Shown here in pieces: positions 17,433-25,485 of a DNA stretch of 64,000 nt. Under the pieces are notes generated by a model, which saw only the letters and a list, made by a program, of their open reading frames with translations, ran no database searches and had not been told where the DNA came from. The translations under genes were made by a program, and so were the position numbers. Each line of letters begins with the position of its first letter. Positions within the stretch are counted from its first letter, which is position 1. The stretch lies in the sequence record NC_055733.1; one strand, 5' to 3'.

Positions 17433-17670
17433 CGGTAGCGACGATAGGATCGATTACCTCAGCTTTCTCATAATCAGTCATACACTCGTTTAGCTTCTTA
17501 AAGAAAGCGTTGGCATCGCATTCCATAGCGCATACAGACGGTATATCACCATGCACGATAAATGGGTGAATAGGATTACCGGTGTATTCGACTGTGCCAA
17601 CTTTGTTGATCTTCTGCTTGTGTACCAAGTACAGTTTGCCGTCTTTATAAATATCTTTCATGCTAAACAT
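17377..17670 (-). CDS. Hypothetical protein
   Basis: 97 aa, GAGGAA SD, first gene after promoter. Confidence 0.65.
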   Translation of the reverse strand: MFSMKDIYKDGKLYLVHKQKINKVGTVEYTGNPIHPFIVHGDIPSVCAMECDANAFFKKLNECMTDYEKAEVIDPIVATDVFPIKAYGIKSTDSTVL

Positions 17671-17691
17671 ACGAAATTCCTCATAGCTAAT

Positions 17692-17728
17692 GAGCTAACA
17701 TACTATCATAGCTCGGTAAACATTACAA
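17692..17728 (-). promoter_or_regulatory. Promoter with inverted repeat around the -10 box
   Basis: TTGTAA-17-TAGTAT with TG extension; GAGCTA/TAGCTC arms. Confidence 0.6.
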
Positions 17729-17730
17729 AT

Positions 17731-17753
17731 AAAAAAGGCACCCGAAGGTGCCC
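17731..17753 (-). terminator. Intrinsic terminator
   Basis: Minus strand GGCACC-TTCG-GGTGCC-TTTTTT. Confidence 0.9.
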
Positions 17754-17757
17754 AAAA

Positions 17758-18363
17758 TTAATCTCGTTCTACATCTTCAATCATGTAACGCGATACATCA
17801 TGATCGTCATGATACTGATTTCGCCAAGAGCTAATGATCATCTTTGGCTTATAGTCGAATACCATGAAATCAAATGCAGGATAAGCTTCCAACACTTTCA
17901 CGATCTCTTCCCATTTTCCGCCACCGATACCAGCTCCGATTCGTGGCATCAGAATGACTGGATTATTGGTGTCGTTTACCGTAGCTTCTTCGATTCTCAG
18001 CATCATTTCATCGAACGCACGTTCAAATGCTTCCAGTCGGAAATCAGGACCACCGTAAAGTTGTGAATATAGATTGAACATCACAACGCCACCACCAATT
18101 GACGCAGCACTGAGACTTCCTAGTTGGCTAGCCATTTTTTCTTCATCCGTTTTAAACTCAGCGGCATATTCTTCATCTGCCTTTGCTGCTTCTGGATAAT
18201 TTCGAGCTACTTGAGCAGCAAAACCAGCTCCCATTGCCGCATAACAGTTACAGCCCTGCGCTACAAATATTTTGGCGTCCGTGTTGATACCTTCTTTCCG
18301 ATCTTTAATAAGCTTGTTGATTACTTCGATCAAGTTAGCTTCCAAATAATGAATCATTTTCAC
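17758..18363 (-). CDS. Macrodomain protein (Tk.4-like ADP-ribose hydrolase)
   Basis: AQGCNC..AMGAGFAAQV, FNLYSQ, MPRIGAGIGGGKW. Confidence 0.9.
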   Translation of the reverse strand: MKMIHYLEANLIEVINKLIKDRKEGINTDAKIFVAQGCNCYAAMGAGFAAQVARNYPEAAKADEEYAAEFKTDEEKMASQLGSLSAASIGGGVVMFNLYSQLYGGPDFRLEAFERAFDEMMLRIEEATVNDTNNPVILMPRIGAGIGGGKWEEIVKVLEAYPAFDFMVFDYKPKMIISSWRNQYHDDHDVSRYMIEDVERD

Positions 18364-18384
18364 ACCTCAATTAAAAGATATCTT

Positions 18385-18413
18385 ATCCTATCAACTTATC
18401 GTGTTTATGTCAA
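18385..18413 (-). promoter_or_regulatory. Sigma70-type promoter
   Basis: TTGACA-17-TAGGAT with TG extension. Confidence 0.65.
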
Positions 18414-18429
18414 ATGTTTTTGGAAAATA

Positions 18430-18450
18430 AAAAGCCTCCCTAGGGAGGCT
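18430..18450 (-). terminator. Intrinsic terminator
   Basis: Minus strand AGCCTCC-CTAG-GGAGGCT-TTT. Confidence 0.8.
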
Positions 18451-18544
18451 CCATATCGTCGTTACCACAGAATGGGCAACTACCGTCAGAAATATCGGCA
18501 TGAAACAGACTAGCCGAACAACGATTGCATATATGTACTAACAT
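18440..18544 (-). CDS. 34-aa zinc-ribbon microprotein
   Basis: MLVHICNRCSASLFHADISDGSCPFCGNDDMEPP*; two CxxC pairs; GAGG SD. Confidence 0.65.
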   Translation of the reverse strand: MLVHICNRCSASLFHADISDGSCPFCGNDDMEPP

Positions 18545-18617
18545 TTTCTTTCCTCTTAGATAATGAATGTAACTCAAACGTCACCCGGCTAATGCCGGTT
18601 GTCTATAAAATAGACGA

Positions 18618-19106
18618 TTAATCTTGCTTATTTATGTGCTCACTATCTGAGCCATATTGGTAGAATGCGTGTTCTGTGAATAGACAACGATTCTTTTTGT
18701 CAACTAGGATATCACCGCATCCTAAAAACGATCTCTTTGTGCGTACAGCATTATTCCATACCGCTTTCGGAAACTTATACTCTCGATTCTTGCCTGTCAA
18801 TACGAATTCGTTAATGATAACGAGATTCGGAGTTTGACTTGCAAAACGATACATAAAAGAGCCGTCGATGCAAGCGAAATCCATCATGTTCTTAGCAATG
18901 TAGAAACTGATTTGCTGATTACCGCGCTTGAACCCACGCCATGGTTGACCATTTGCAACATCAAATCCAAGTGCATTCATGAATTCAACTAGAGATTCAA
19001 GCCGACATTTGATCGCGTCCGCTTGATGTTCTCTGTTCTGCATTGCCGGGGTAGGCTCTCTCCATGTATGGCGATGTTTCCAAGGAACGTATTTATATTC
19101 TGCCAT
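18618..19106 (-). CDS. Hypothetical protein
   Basis: 162 aa, coupled to upstream ORF. Confidence 0.7.
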   Translation of the reverse strand: MAEYKYVPWKHRHTWREPTPAMQNREHQADAIKCRLESLVEFMNALGFDVANGQPWRGFKRGNQQISFYIAKNMMDFACIDGSFMYRFASQTPNLVIINEFVLTGKNREYKFPKAVWNNAVRTKRSFLGCGDILVDKKNRCLFTEHAFYQYGSDSEHINKQD

Positions 19107-19885
19107 TAGTCGCCCAACTTTTTCAGTTTGTTCTTGATGGTTGCAATACCGTTAGAATAGATCTGCATATTACGCTTGGAAAGTTCCAGTTGTTCGTTGA
19201 TCTTGTTCATGTTCAATTCTTCTTGCTGAATACGTTGTTCAGTAGCGTTGAGTTCGGCTTGTAGCTTCTTCCGTTCCGCATCAAAACTATCATAGTGAGC
19301 AAGAATCCGACGCATAGTGGCATCAAACACCTGTGCGCCAAAATCGCGTTGATACAACTCGATTGCCCGCTGTGCTTTCTCAATATCGATCCGAACTACC
19401 TCTTTGAAGAAGTGTACCTCAGACGGCATGATGATAGGATATTTCGGACTGTACTTCACCTTCTTGTCACCAATCAGCACTTCAACAACGGCACTCAGAC
19501 TGTTGTGGTTAACGACCTCGAATACTTCGTCGCCAACGATGTTCACAAAATCAGTATTCTCGGAACACTTGATCTTGTATGCATTCTTGGAAGCTTCATC
19601 TTTGAACTTGTAAGTTTTGCCAACCCCAAGAACAAATGATGCCTGACGACTGGTAGTAAATTGTTTGGCAGCTTTTACAGAGATCCAACCCCGTTGAGCG
19701 GTCTCACGCTTTTTACCGTCAGCACTCGCTACAGTCATATAAACGCCGTCTTTCTCGTCCAATAGACGGAATTCGAACTCTTTATTTTCTTGTGTCCACT
19801 TTACCAGTTCGAAGTGACGTTTGGTATCGGTAAACTTGTCCAATAACTTCGGATGCATCGACTTGATGCGATACAGAGTAATCAT
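19106..19885 (-). CDS. Hypothetical protein with C-terminal coiled coil
   Basis: 259 aa; internal GKTYKFKD module. Confidence 0.75.
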   Translation of the reverse strand: MITLYRIKSMHPKLLDKFTDTKRHFELVKWTQENKEFEFRLLDEKDGVYMTVASADGKKRETAQRGWISVKAAKQFTTSRQASFVLGVGKTYKFKDEASKNAYKIKCSENTDFVNIVGDEVFEVVNHNSLSAVVEVLIGDKKVKYSPKYPIIMPSEVHFFKEVVRIDIEKAQRAIELYQRDFGAQVFDATMRRILAHYDSFDAERKKLQAELNATEQRIQQEELNMNKINEQLELSKRNMQIYSNGIATIKNKLKKLGD

Positions 19886-19908
19886 TTTTGTTCCTATGGT
19901 GTTTTATA

Positions 19909-19942
19909 GGGCGATTATGCTAGACAATCGCCCAAGTGTCAA
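19909..19942 (-). promoter_or_regulatory. Promoter with inverted repeat around the -10 box
   Basis: TTGACA-17-CATAAT; GGGCGATT/AATCGCCC arms. Confidence 0.75.
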
Positions 19943-19945
19943 TAC

Positions 19946-20464
19946 TTACAGCATTTCTTTTCGCTGTGCCAGAGTCTTGGTAAGAATCTCAATCTTCTCT
20001 TCGATTTCACGAATGTTCAGATTGTGCATATCCCATGACTTACGCAGACCAGCAGCGGTGATCTTGGAGTCAGGTGCGTCTGGATGATAGGACTTGTGAA
20101 TCGCCATCAGTTTAGCGAAAGAAGTTTTTGCGAATGCTTCGTCCATGTTGATCTCCACGCTTACAGCGACTTGGAAGTAACGCATTTCGGATTCGGCGAT
20201 CAATGTGGCGCCACTGTCGATATAGATTTGTTTTCCATGCACGTCGGTTAAAGACTTTCGTACATCATCCACCAGTTCGCCTTCTTTGTTCATTCTGTCG
20301 CCATGGAATTCACCTTCAACGATGCGAAACACACCACCGGCGTTTACGATTGCATCTACGATATGGCGATTTATCCGTGCGGCATCGCGATATGTATCCT
20401 GACATTGTTTGTTCTTGAACTCGTAGTTCTCGCCGATTTTCATAACGTTCATATTTGTGCCCAT
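19946..20464 (-). CDS. Hypothetical protein
   Basis: 172 aa; GENYEFKN module; CTGAGGAA SD. Confidence 0.75.
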   Translation of the reverse strand: MGTNMNVMKIGENYEFKNKQCQDTYRDAARINRHIVDAIVNAGGVFRIVEGEFHGDRMNKEGELVDDVRKSLTDVHGKQIYIDSGATLIAESEMRYFQVAVSVEINMDEAFAKTSFAKLMAIHKSYHPDAPDSKITAAGLRKSWDMHNLNIREIEEKIEILTKTLAQRKEML

Positions 20465-20527
20465 TTCAATTTCCTCAGTTTTGTTTCAGTAATAATACGG
20501 TATCAAATCTCGTTTTGTTCGTCAAGC

Positions 20528-20878
20528 TCAATCTTTAAGAATTTCGATCAAACTTATTTCCATGATTTCAGACTCGCGTCCCGCTTTGAATGCTGCCTTG
20601 ATTTTTTCGATCAACTTATTCATAGTCGATTGTTCGGCTTCCTCAAAGTAAACGTAATCTGATTGAAGAATCGGATTATACGTCATTGTAACACCGTTCA
20701 GCTTATCAACGCAACCCTCAATCACAGAATCAACAACGATAACAGGCTGATTCATTACGTTATGAATCTTGTGATACGCGCTTGTTCCACTAGCTAGACC
20801 CAGATTTTCAAAATACTGCTTTTTGTGTTCATCGCTAATAAAACGGATCTGTTGTCCGTCATACACTCGGTCTATCAT
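20528..20878 (-). CDS. Hypothetical protein
   Basis: 116 aa, AAGGAG SD. Confidence 0.7.
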   Translation of the reverse strand: MIDRVYDGQQIRFISDEHKKQYFENLGLASGTSAYHKIHNVMNQPVIVVDSVIEGCVDKLNGVTMTYNPILQSDYVYFEEAEQSTMNKLIEKIKAAFKAGRESEIMEISLIEILKD

Positions 20879-21069
20879 TGAACTCTCCTTAGATAGTCTT
20901 CCATATCTCCTGTGACTACCTTGGTGATTTTACGTCCTTGATAGAAGAATGTCAATATGCTCATGTCTTTTCTTAGCCAAAGACACGGAGTAAACATAAC
21001 ATCTTCTACCAAAGATCCCGCTTTTACGTCATGAATGTTTTTCAGTAGTCTAAATTTGAGTTTTTTCAT
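20875..21069 (-). CDS. Hypothetical protein
   Basis: 64 aa, coupled stop/start. Confidence 0.6.
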   Translation of the reverse strand: MKKLKFRLLKNIHDVKAGSLVEDVMFTPCLWLRKDMSILTFFYQGRKITKVVTGDMEDYLRRVQ

Positions 21070-21473
21070 GATTTATGAGTTGCACCGTATATTGAGACAA
21101 TACACCCAATAAATGCAGTCAGAAGACCAAGCAGAAAGACAGGTGCGGATCTTTCTAGGATATTCTTCGTTTTCATTGAATCCGCTTCAATCATGAAATT
21201 GGTGCCAGACGGATATTTTGACATTTCTTGATATGCAAGTGGGTGATAGTTGTTCACAACGTATTCGTTAACCCTAGCGTCAATAAAACGACACTTAAAC
21301 ACTTCTGATACGCTGTGTTTACTGCCTTCAAGTCTGGTATAGCAGCCGTCAAGTGGCATACTTACCATTTCTTTATCCTGACAACCGGCGTATATAAATC
21401 CGCCTGCGCCAACTGCGAATGAAAGCAACCCACCCACAATCATGCCAATTCCAGTCTTTTCGATTTTATTCAT
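21066..21473 (-). CDS. Two-TM membrane protein
   Basis: Start MNKIEK after GAGGAA SD; N- and C-terminal hydrophobic helices. Confidence 0.7.
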   Translation of the reverse strand: MNKIEKTGIGMIVGGLLSFAVGAGGFIYAGCQDKEMVSMPLDGCYTRLEGSKHSVSEVFKCRFIDARVNEYVVNNYHPLAYQEMSKYPSGTNFMIEADSMKTKNILERSAPVFLLGLLTAFIGCIVSIYGATHKS

Positions 21474-21624
21474 GACGTTTTCCTCATTAGTTTTGGTACG
21501 TATACCATAGCGCCTGCGGTGGTCAATGTCAACACTACACCGAACAAAAGTCCGATTTTTCCGAAGAAATGTACCATAACGAAACATAGAACATTAACGA
21601 CAATACACATTAAAACTTTTATCA
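21470..21624 (-). CDS. Small hydrophobic protein (46 aa from ATG 21610; possible 1-nt deletion after ATG 21624)
   Basis: MCIVVNVLCFVMVHFFGKIGLLFGVVLTLTTAGAMVYVPKLMRKTS*; stop overlaps next ATG. Confidence 0.5.
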
Positions 21625-21640
21625 TGTTGATTTCCAAATG

Positions 21641-21664
21641 AAAAATCCCGCCGAAGCGGGATTT
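21641..21664 (-). terminator. Intrinsic terminator
   Basis: Minus strand AATCCCGC-TTCG-GCGGGATT-TTT. Confidence 0.9.
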
Positions 21665-21671
21665 GAGCTAA

Positions 21672-22754
21672 TTAGATACCCGTAAAATACTGTATGATCT
21701 CATAATGATCATCAAAGAAGTTATGACGATTGCGGCGTACCATATGCATCGGCATCCAGAACACATCGCGAACTTCATCACGCGGCTTAACAGCAGGTAG
21801 CTTTCCGTCGTTATCCGGCTGCAATTCAATGTACAGAGCCAAAGTCGGCTTGCAGATCGGGTAACTGCGACCTGGGTAATCGAAAATCTTTTCTTTCTTG
21901 ACGGACCCGCGAATCACCCGTTCGGGAACTTTTAGACGAACTTCCTCTCGTAGCTCACGAATCGCACACTCTTTATAGGTTTCGTCTTCGTTCTTATGAC
22001 CACCTGGCAGAGCATACGCGCCGAGTCCTGGCAGATTTCCACGAATTGTAACGAGCAAGTGACCGTTGCAAGTAACTACGGCATCACCAGTAGAACAGTT
22101 CAGAGCCTCGCGATATGGATACGCTTCCATTTTCTTGAGTTCTTTGATATTGTGTTGGTGTTCTTTCGCCAGTCTGTCATACTCTTCCGATTTCTTGACC
22201 TTGTAGGATTTCAGCCACTCGATAACTCCTGGTGTAACAATCTCACTATGCAACTCCGTGAAATCGAACTCTGGGTCAAAGAAAGAATCGCGAATGAAAG
22301 TAGCACTGATCGGCTTACCGTTGTGCATTTGGCATTCAATTTCAGTCAGTTCCCAGCCGAAAGTCTCAAGCCACCAACTGTTTTTGTCTTTCTTGTTACC
22401 AACCATGGTAATTTTGTCGCCGAGTTGCTCGTCTACCGCGTCTCGAATATCAGCTTGCCAACGTTCATTGGTATAGTTGCTATCGTCAACATAACGAAAG
22501 TTTACTTTACTAGGATCGAGTCCGTAATCTTTCATGCCAATACGGAGCATTGCTTCACGTTCGGCGGGACGGAACGGGTTTTTCATATTCGGATATGCAT
22601 TCGCGGAACCCAAGATAATATATACTTTTTTTGCAACGCTCATTGCAACGCGAATCATTTCCAGATGGCCGATATGATTAATCTGATATCTGCCGTTTAC
22701 CACTGCTTTGTCATACACTTTATTCATTTCCCAAAACTCCTTTGGTAATGCCAC
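21672..22754 (-). CDS. Bifunctional NMN adenylyltransferase / Nudix ADP-ribose pyrophosphatase (NadM-Nudix)
   Basis: GRYQINHIGH (HxGH), GSAN, NPF...ER, ISATFIR; Nudix box GGHKNEDETYKECAIRELREE. Confidence 0.92.
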   Translation of the reverse strand: MALPKEFWEMNKVYDKAVVNGRYQINHIGHLEMIRVAMSVAKKVYIILGSANAYPNMKNPFRPAEREAMLRIGMKDYGLDPSKVNFRYVDDSNYTNERWQADIRDAVDEQLGDKITMVGNKKDKNSWWLETFGWELTEIECQMHNGKPISATFIRDSFFDPEFDFTELHSEIVTPGVIEWLKSYKVKKSEEYDRLAKEHQHNIKELKKMEAYPYREALNCSTGDAVVTCNGHLLVTIRGNLPGLGAYALPGGHKNEDETYKECAIRELREEVRLKVPERVIRGSVKKEKIFDYPGRSYPICKPTLALYIELQPDNDGKLPAVKPRDEVRDVFWMPMHMVRRNRHNFFDDHYEIIQYFTGI

Positions 22755-22785
22755 ACTCAGAGCGGTGGCTTAACTCATAAACACA

Positions 22786-23010
22786 TTATACACGATTTGC
22801 GACATTCATCAAGAGATTTATCGCATCTTTTCTAAAACTATCTGGCAGATTGAAACAACAGGTATCCCATATGTTATTCCGCAAGATAGTGGTAGTCAAG
22901 TTTCGTGACTCCAGTTTAACAATGTGGCTTTCACCACACTGTCTCACATACTTACCAAGATACATCACACCGTCATAAAGTGCAAGAACAATTTCGTTTT
23001 CTTCAAACAT
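22786..23010 (-). CDS. Small hypothetical protein
   Basis: Start reset to MFEENEIV. Confidence 0.6.
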   Translation of the reverse strand: MFEENEIVLALYDGVMYLGKYVRQCGESHIVKLESRNLTTTILRNNIWDTCCFNLPDSFRKDAINLLMNVANRV

Positions 23011-23200
23011 TATCTTTGTACCAGTAATAGCTACAGGAGAACGTATTCGACTTTGGGACAACGGAAACACCTTTCTCTGTAGATACCTCTACACTATCTC
23101 CCAAGTCTCGTTGGATAACGGCCTGATAGCTATAGCCGCTAATTAACACTTTACACGGGTTACCGACTTTGTATTCTTTTAATCCGTATCTCAAGCTCAT
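23003..23200 (-). CDS. Small hypothetical protein
   Basis: 65 aa, coupled. Confidence 0.6.
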   Translation of the reverse strand: MSLRYGLKEYKVGNPCKVLISGYSYQAVIQRDLGDSVEVSTEKGVSVVPKSNTFSCSYYWYKDNV

Positions 23201-23454
23201 TTGTTTTTACAAACCGCGTTTGCCTCCTGAAACTTAGAATAATCACGGAAAGGGTTAGAGATAACGTAAATCGAAACTAACCCAATTCGACTGTGCAGCT
23301 CACACAAGTGCGCGGGAGGATTACCTTCTAGGATCGCATTCTCCATGCGATTCATTAACTTTTCGGTATCACTTCTTAACATCAATGCGGAAACAACAGC
23401 ACTTGACGCAAAAGCCAGAATCAAAATCAATAGACCGCGAGTTAAATCATTCAT
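23197..23454 (-). CDS. TM-anchored protein with two Cys
   Basis: N-terminal TM; C...EANAVC. Confidence 0.7.
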   Translation of the reverse strand: MNDLTRGLLILILAFASSAVVSALMLRSDTEKLMNRMENAILEGNPPAHLCELHSRIGLVSIYVISNPFRDYSKFQEANAVCKNK

Positions 23455-23804
23455 CGGTTAACCTCATTGAGACAATAATTATAGACATCCATGTTTCGTT
23501 TCAGTTTAACGGCAAGCTCGGTCCTGAGTGTCAGTTTATAACAAGCGTTTTTCAGATACACACGATATTGTCCCCTTGCTTCGGACAAAGCCATAGCGTT
23601 TCTATCATAAATTTCTTCTTGCTCTCGATATGTGATTTGATCATCAACATGGACAAAATCGTCTCGGTTGCGAATCACATCACCTTCAAGCCGGATCAAT
23701 TCCGAAACATACATTTTATCAAACTGCTTTTCCATGAACATGATACCGGTTCCGATTATAGCAGCGAATCCAACCAATCCCAGATAAGTCTTCCAATTAT
23801 TCAT
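23451..23804 (-). CDS. TM-anchored protein with two Cys
   Basis: N-terminal TM; C-terminal Cys pair. Confidence 0.7.
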   Translation of the reverse strand: MNNWKTYLGLVGFAAIIGTGIMFMEKQFDKMYVSELIRLEGDVIRNRDDFVHVDDQITYREQEEIYDRNAMALSEARGQYRVYLKNACYKLTLRTELAVKLKRNMDVYNYCLNEVNR

Positions 23805-24225
23805 CCAAATTTACTCCATGAGACTTACAAATTTTGTTGGCTTCGATAACGTCTTGCATGAACTTAGTGCCGTCTTTCAAATCGATTTCGGTACGTTCGT
23901 CCTGTGTGCGATATATCTTGCATGTATAATAAATCTGACGGTGTGAGTTATCAATCAAATTGCGATTGATTTCCTGAATTTTCCTCAGATTATCAACGCT
24001 CATTGAGCCAATCAACCCGATTTCTTCCTCGTGATATCGTTTGCGGTCTTCTTTCAGATCGATATGGCGCTTTATGATCTCGTTTACGTATTCTTGCTCT
24101 ACAGACCAAATCATTGGAACATTCATTTCATAGCTGATCGCTCGGTGTTCTTGATAAGCAGCGCCAGCAATAAAAGCTCCACAGAAAATGATTGTTCCTA
24201 ATAGTGCTACTTTGTATCGTTTCAT
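23797..24225 (-). CDS. TM-anchored protein with distal Cys pair
   Basis: N-terminal TM; C...EANKIC. Confidence 0.7.
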   Translation of the reverse strand: MKRYKVALLGTIIFCGAFIAGAAYQEHRAISYEMNVPMIWSVEQEYVNEIIKRHIDLKEDRKRYHEEEIGLIGSMSVDNLRKIQEINRNLIDNSHRQIYYTCKIYRTQDERTEIDLKDGTKFMQDVIEANKICKSHGVNLDE

Positions 24226-24437
24226 TTCAGGGTCTCCGGTTTAACAGTAGCGAAATTCAGAATAGTTTGTCCGTATCCGTTGTCATCGGTGAAAACCGGT
24301 TTCATATACATTGGAAAGTCAAACTTGCTATACTCTCGGGCAACGAAATCATAGTAGCCAACTTCGGTCAAGAAACCCAGATATTCAGCTTTGGCGTTCA
24401 GAAGAGTGTAACCGATTTTGATCATAAAGTCGTGCAT
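24222..24437 (-). CDS. Hypothetical protein
   Basis: 71 aa, AAGGAG SD. Confidence 0.65.
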   Translation of the reverse strand: MHDFMIKIGYTLLNAKAEYLGFLTEVGYYDFVAREYSKFDFPMYMKPVFTDDNGYGQTILNFATVKPETLK

Positions 24438-24446
24438 GATAGCTCC

Positions 24447-24806
24447 TTATTTTTTGAAAGTGATTTCGGTGCCGTTTTCGCACAGTACGGTGATTTCGGT
24501 GTTGCTAACGATATGAACGACTTGGAATTGCTGGGTTTTGAACTTGCGATCCATGACGTTAAAGCTAGTTTTGTAACGGTATTTCTTGCCAGCTTCTACT
24601 GGAGTTTTGCCGAACAGCTTCTTGTAAATCTCGTATTCGCTACTGTGGGAGATTACAGCAACTTTACCATCAGAGTCAAGCAACATATAAGACGGCATAA
24701 CAAATTGTTGAGTGTTATCATAAACGTGGAATCCGAGTTTCTTTGCTGCTTCCAGTTCTTTCAGGGTTTGCAGACCTTTAACATTCATTACGTTTTGCTT
24801 GCTCAA
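24447..24806 (-). CDS. Hypothetical protein
   Basis: 119 aa; TTG start after CTGAGGAA SD. Confidence 0.65.
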   Translation of the reverse strand: MSKQNVMNVKGLQTLKELEAAKKLGFHVYDNTQQFVMPSYMLLDSDGKVAVISHSSEYEIYKKLFGKTPVEAGKKYRYKTSFNVMDRKFKTQQFQVVHIVSNTEITVLCENGTEITFKK

Positions 24807-24827
24807 GATAACTTCCTCAGATTGTGT

Positions 24828-24872
24828 GTTTCGATTTGGCTATAATAACAGGACTAGATTTTGATGCAAGCA
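24828..24872 (-). promoter_or_regulatory. Repeated early-type promoter module, copy A
   Basis: GTGCTTGCATC..ATCTAGTCCTG-TTATTAT...ATCGAAAC shared with 29015 and 29726. Confidence 0.8.
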
Positions 24873-24885
24873 CTTTCTGAAAAAT

Positions 24886-24908
24886 AAAAATCCCGCCGAA
24901 GCGGGATT
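24886..24908 (-). terminator. Intrinsic terminator
   Basis: Same stem-loop as 21641. Confidence 0.9.
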
Positions 24909-24912
24909 ATTG

Positions 24913-25476
24913 TTAGCGGAGCTTGATTGTCTTAGCTTCACCAGTTTCGAAAGCTTCGTTGGTCTCTTTGTCCAACACAATCTTACACAGAGAATCGATA
25001 TCTTTCTTCGGGAAACCAGCTACGCGAGAGAAGAAGCCAGACATCACATAGTTAAGCTGATTTTCATAGCCAGTACAAACGTCCAGCTTTTTATCTTGAC
25101 TCAGTTTGAACTCATTACGACCAGCTTCCATCGCTACTTGCAGACTCTTATACATAGAGCTATCAAATTGCAGGTTGTTTTCAGTCATGAACTGAGTAAC
25201 AGCTTTAGAGCCATCTTTACCGTATCTACCTTGGAAAGTCGCGTCAATGATCTTTTTCAGGTCAGCGGTGTACATGTCCGGAATTTGAGCCATGTCACGA
25301 ATCTTGAGGGTGTAGTTGCTCAGAGTGTTCTGGCTTGCTTTGTGGAACTTCTCGATATTCGATTCCATCTGAGTGTTGGTGTTTGAGGTACTAACGTACA
25401 TGCCAACAAAACCAACAACAGGAACAACAACCAGACCAAGAACAAACACGATAACAGCAATCAAAGTTTTATTCAT
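24913..25476 (-). CDS. LemA-like membrane-anchored protein
   Basis: Single N-terminal TM, YVSTSN, helical body, AGRNEF, GFFSRVAGF. Confidence 0.55.
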   Translation of the reverse strand: MNKTLIAVIVFVLGLVVVPVVGFVGMYVSTSNTNTQMESNIEKFHKASQNTLSNYTLKIRDMAQIPDMYTADLKKIIDATFQGRYGKDGSKAVTQFMTENNLQFDSSMYKSLQVAMEAGRNEFKLSQDKKLDVCTGYENQLNYVMSGFFSRVAGFPKKDIDSLCKIVLDKETNEAFETGEAKTIKLR

Positions 25477-25485
25477 TTTAGTACC

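Noticed and set aside
21996-22748. 250-aa + strand ORF antisense to NadM-Nudix, and similar ones at 24192, 30006 and 30612
   Set aside because: Shadow ORFs in a uniformly leftward region.
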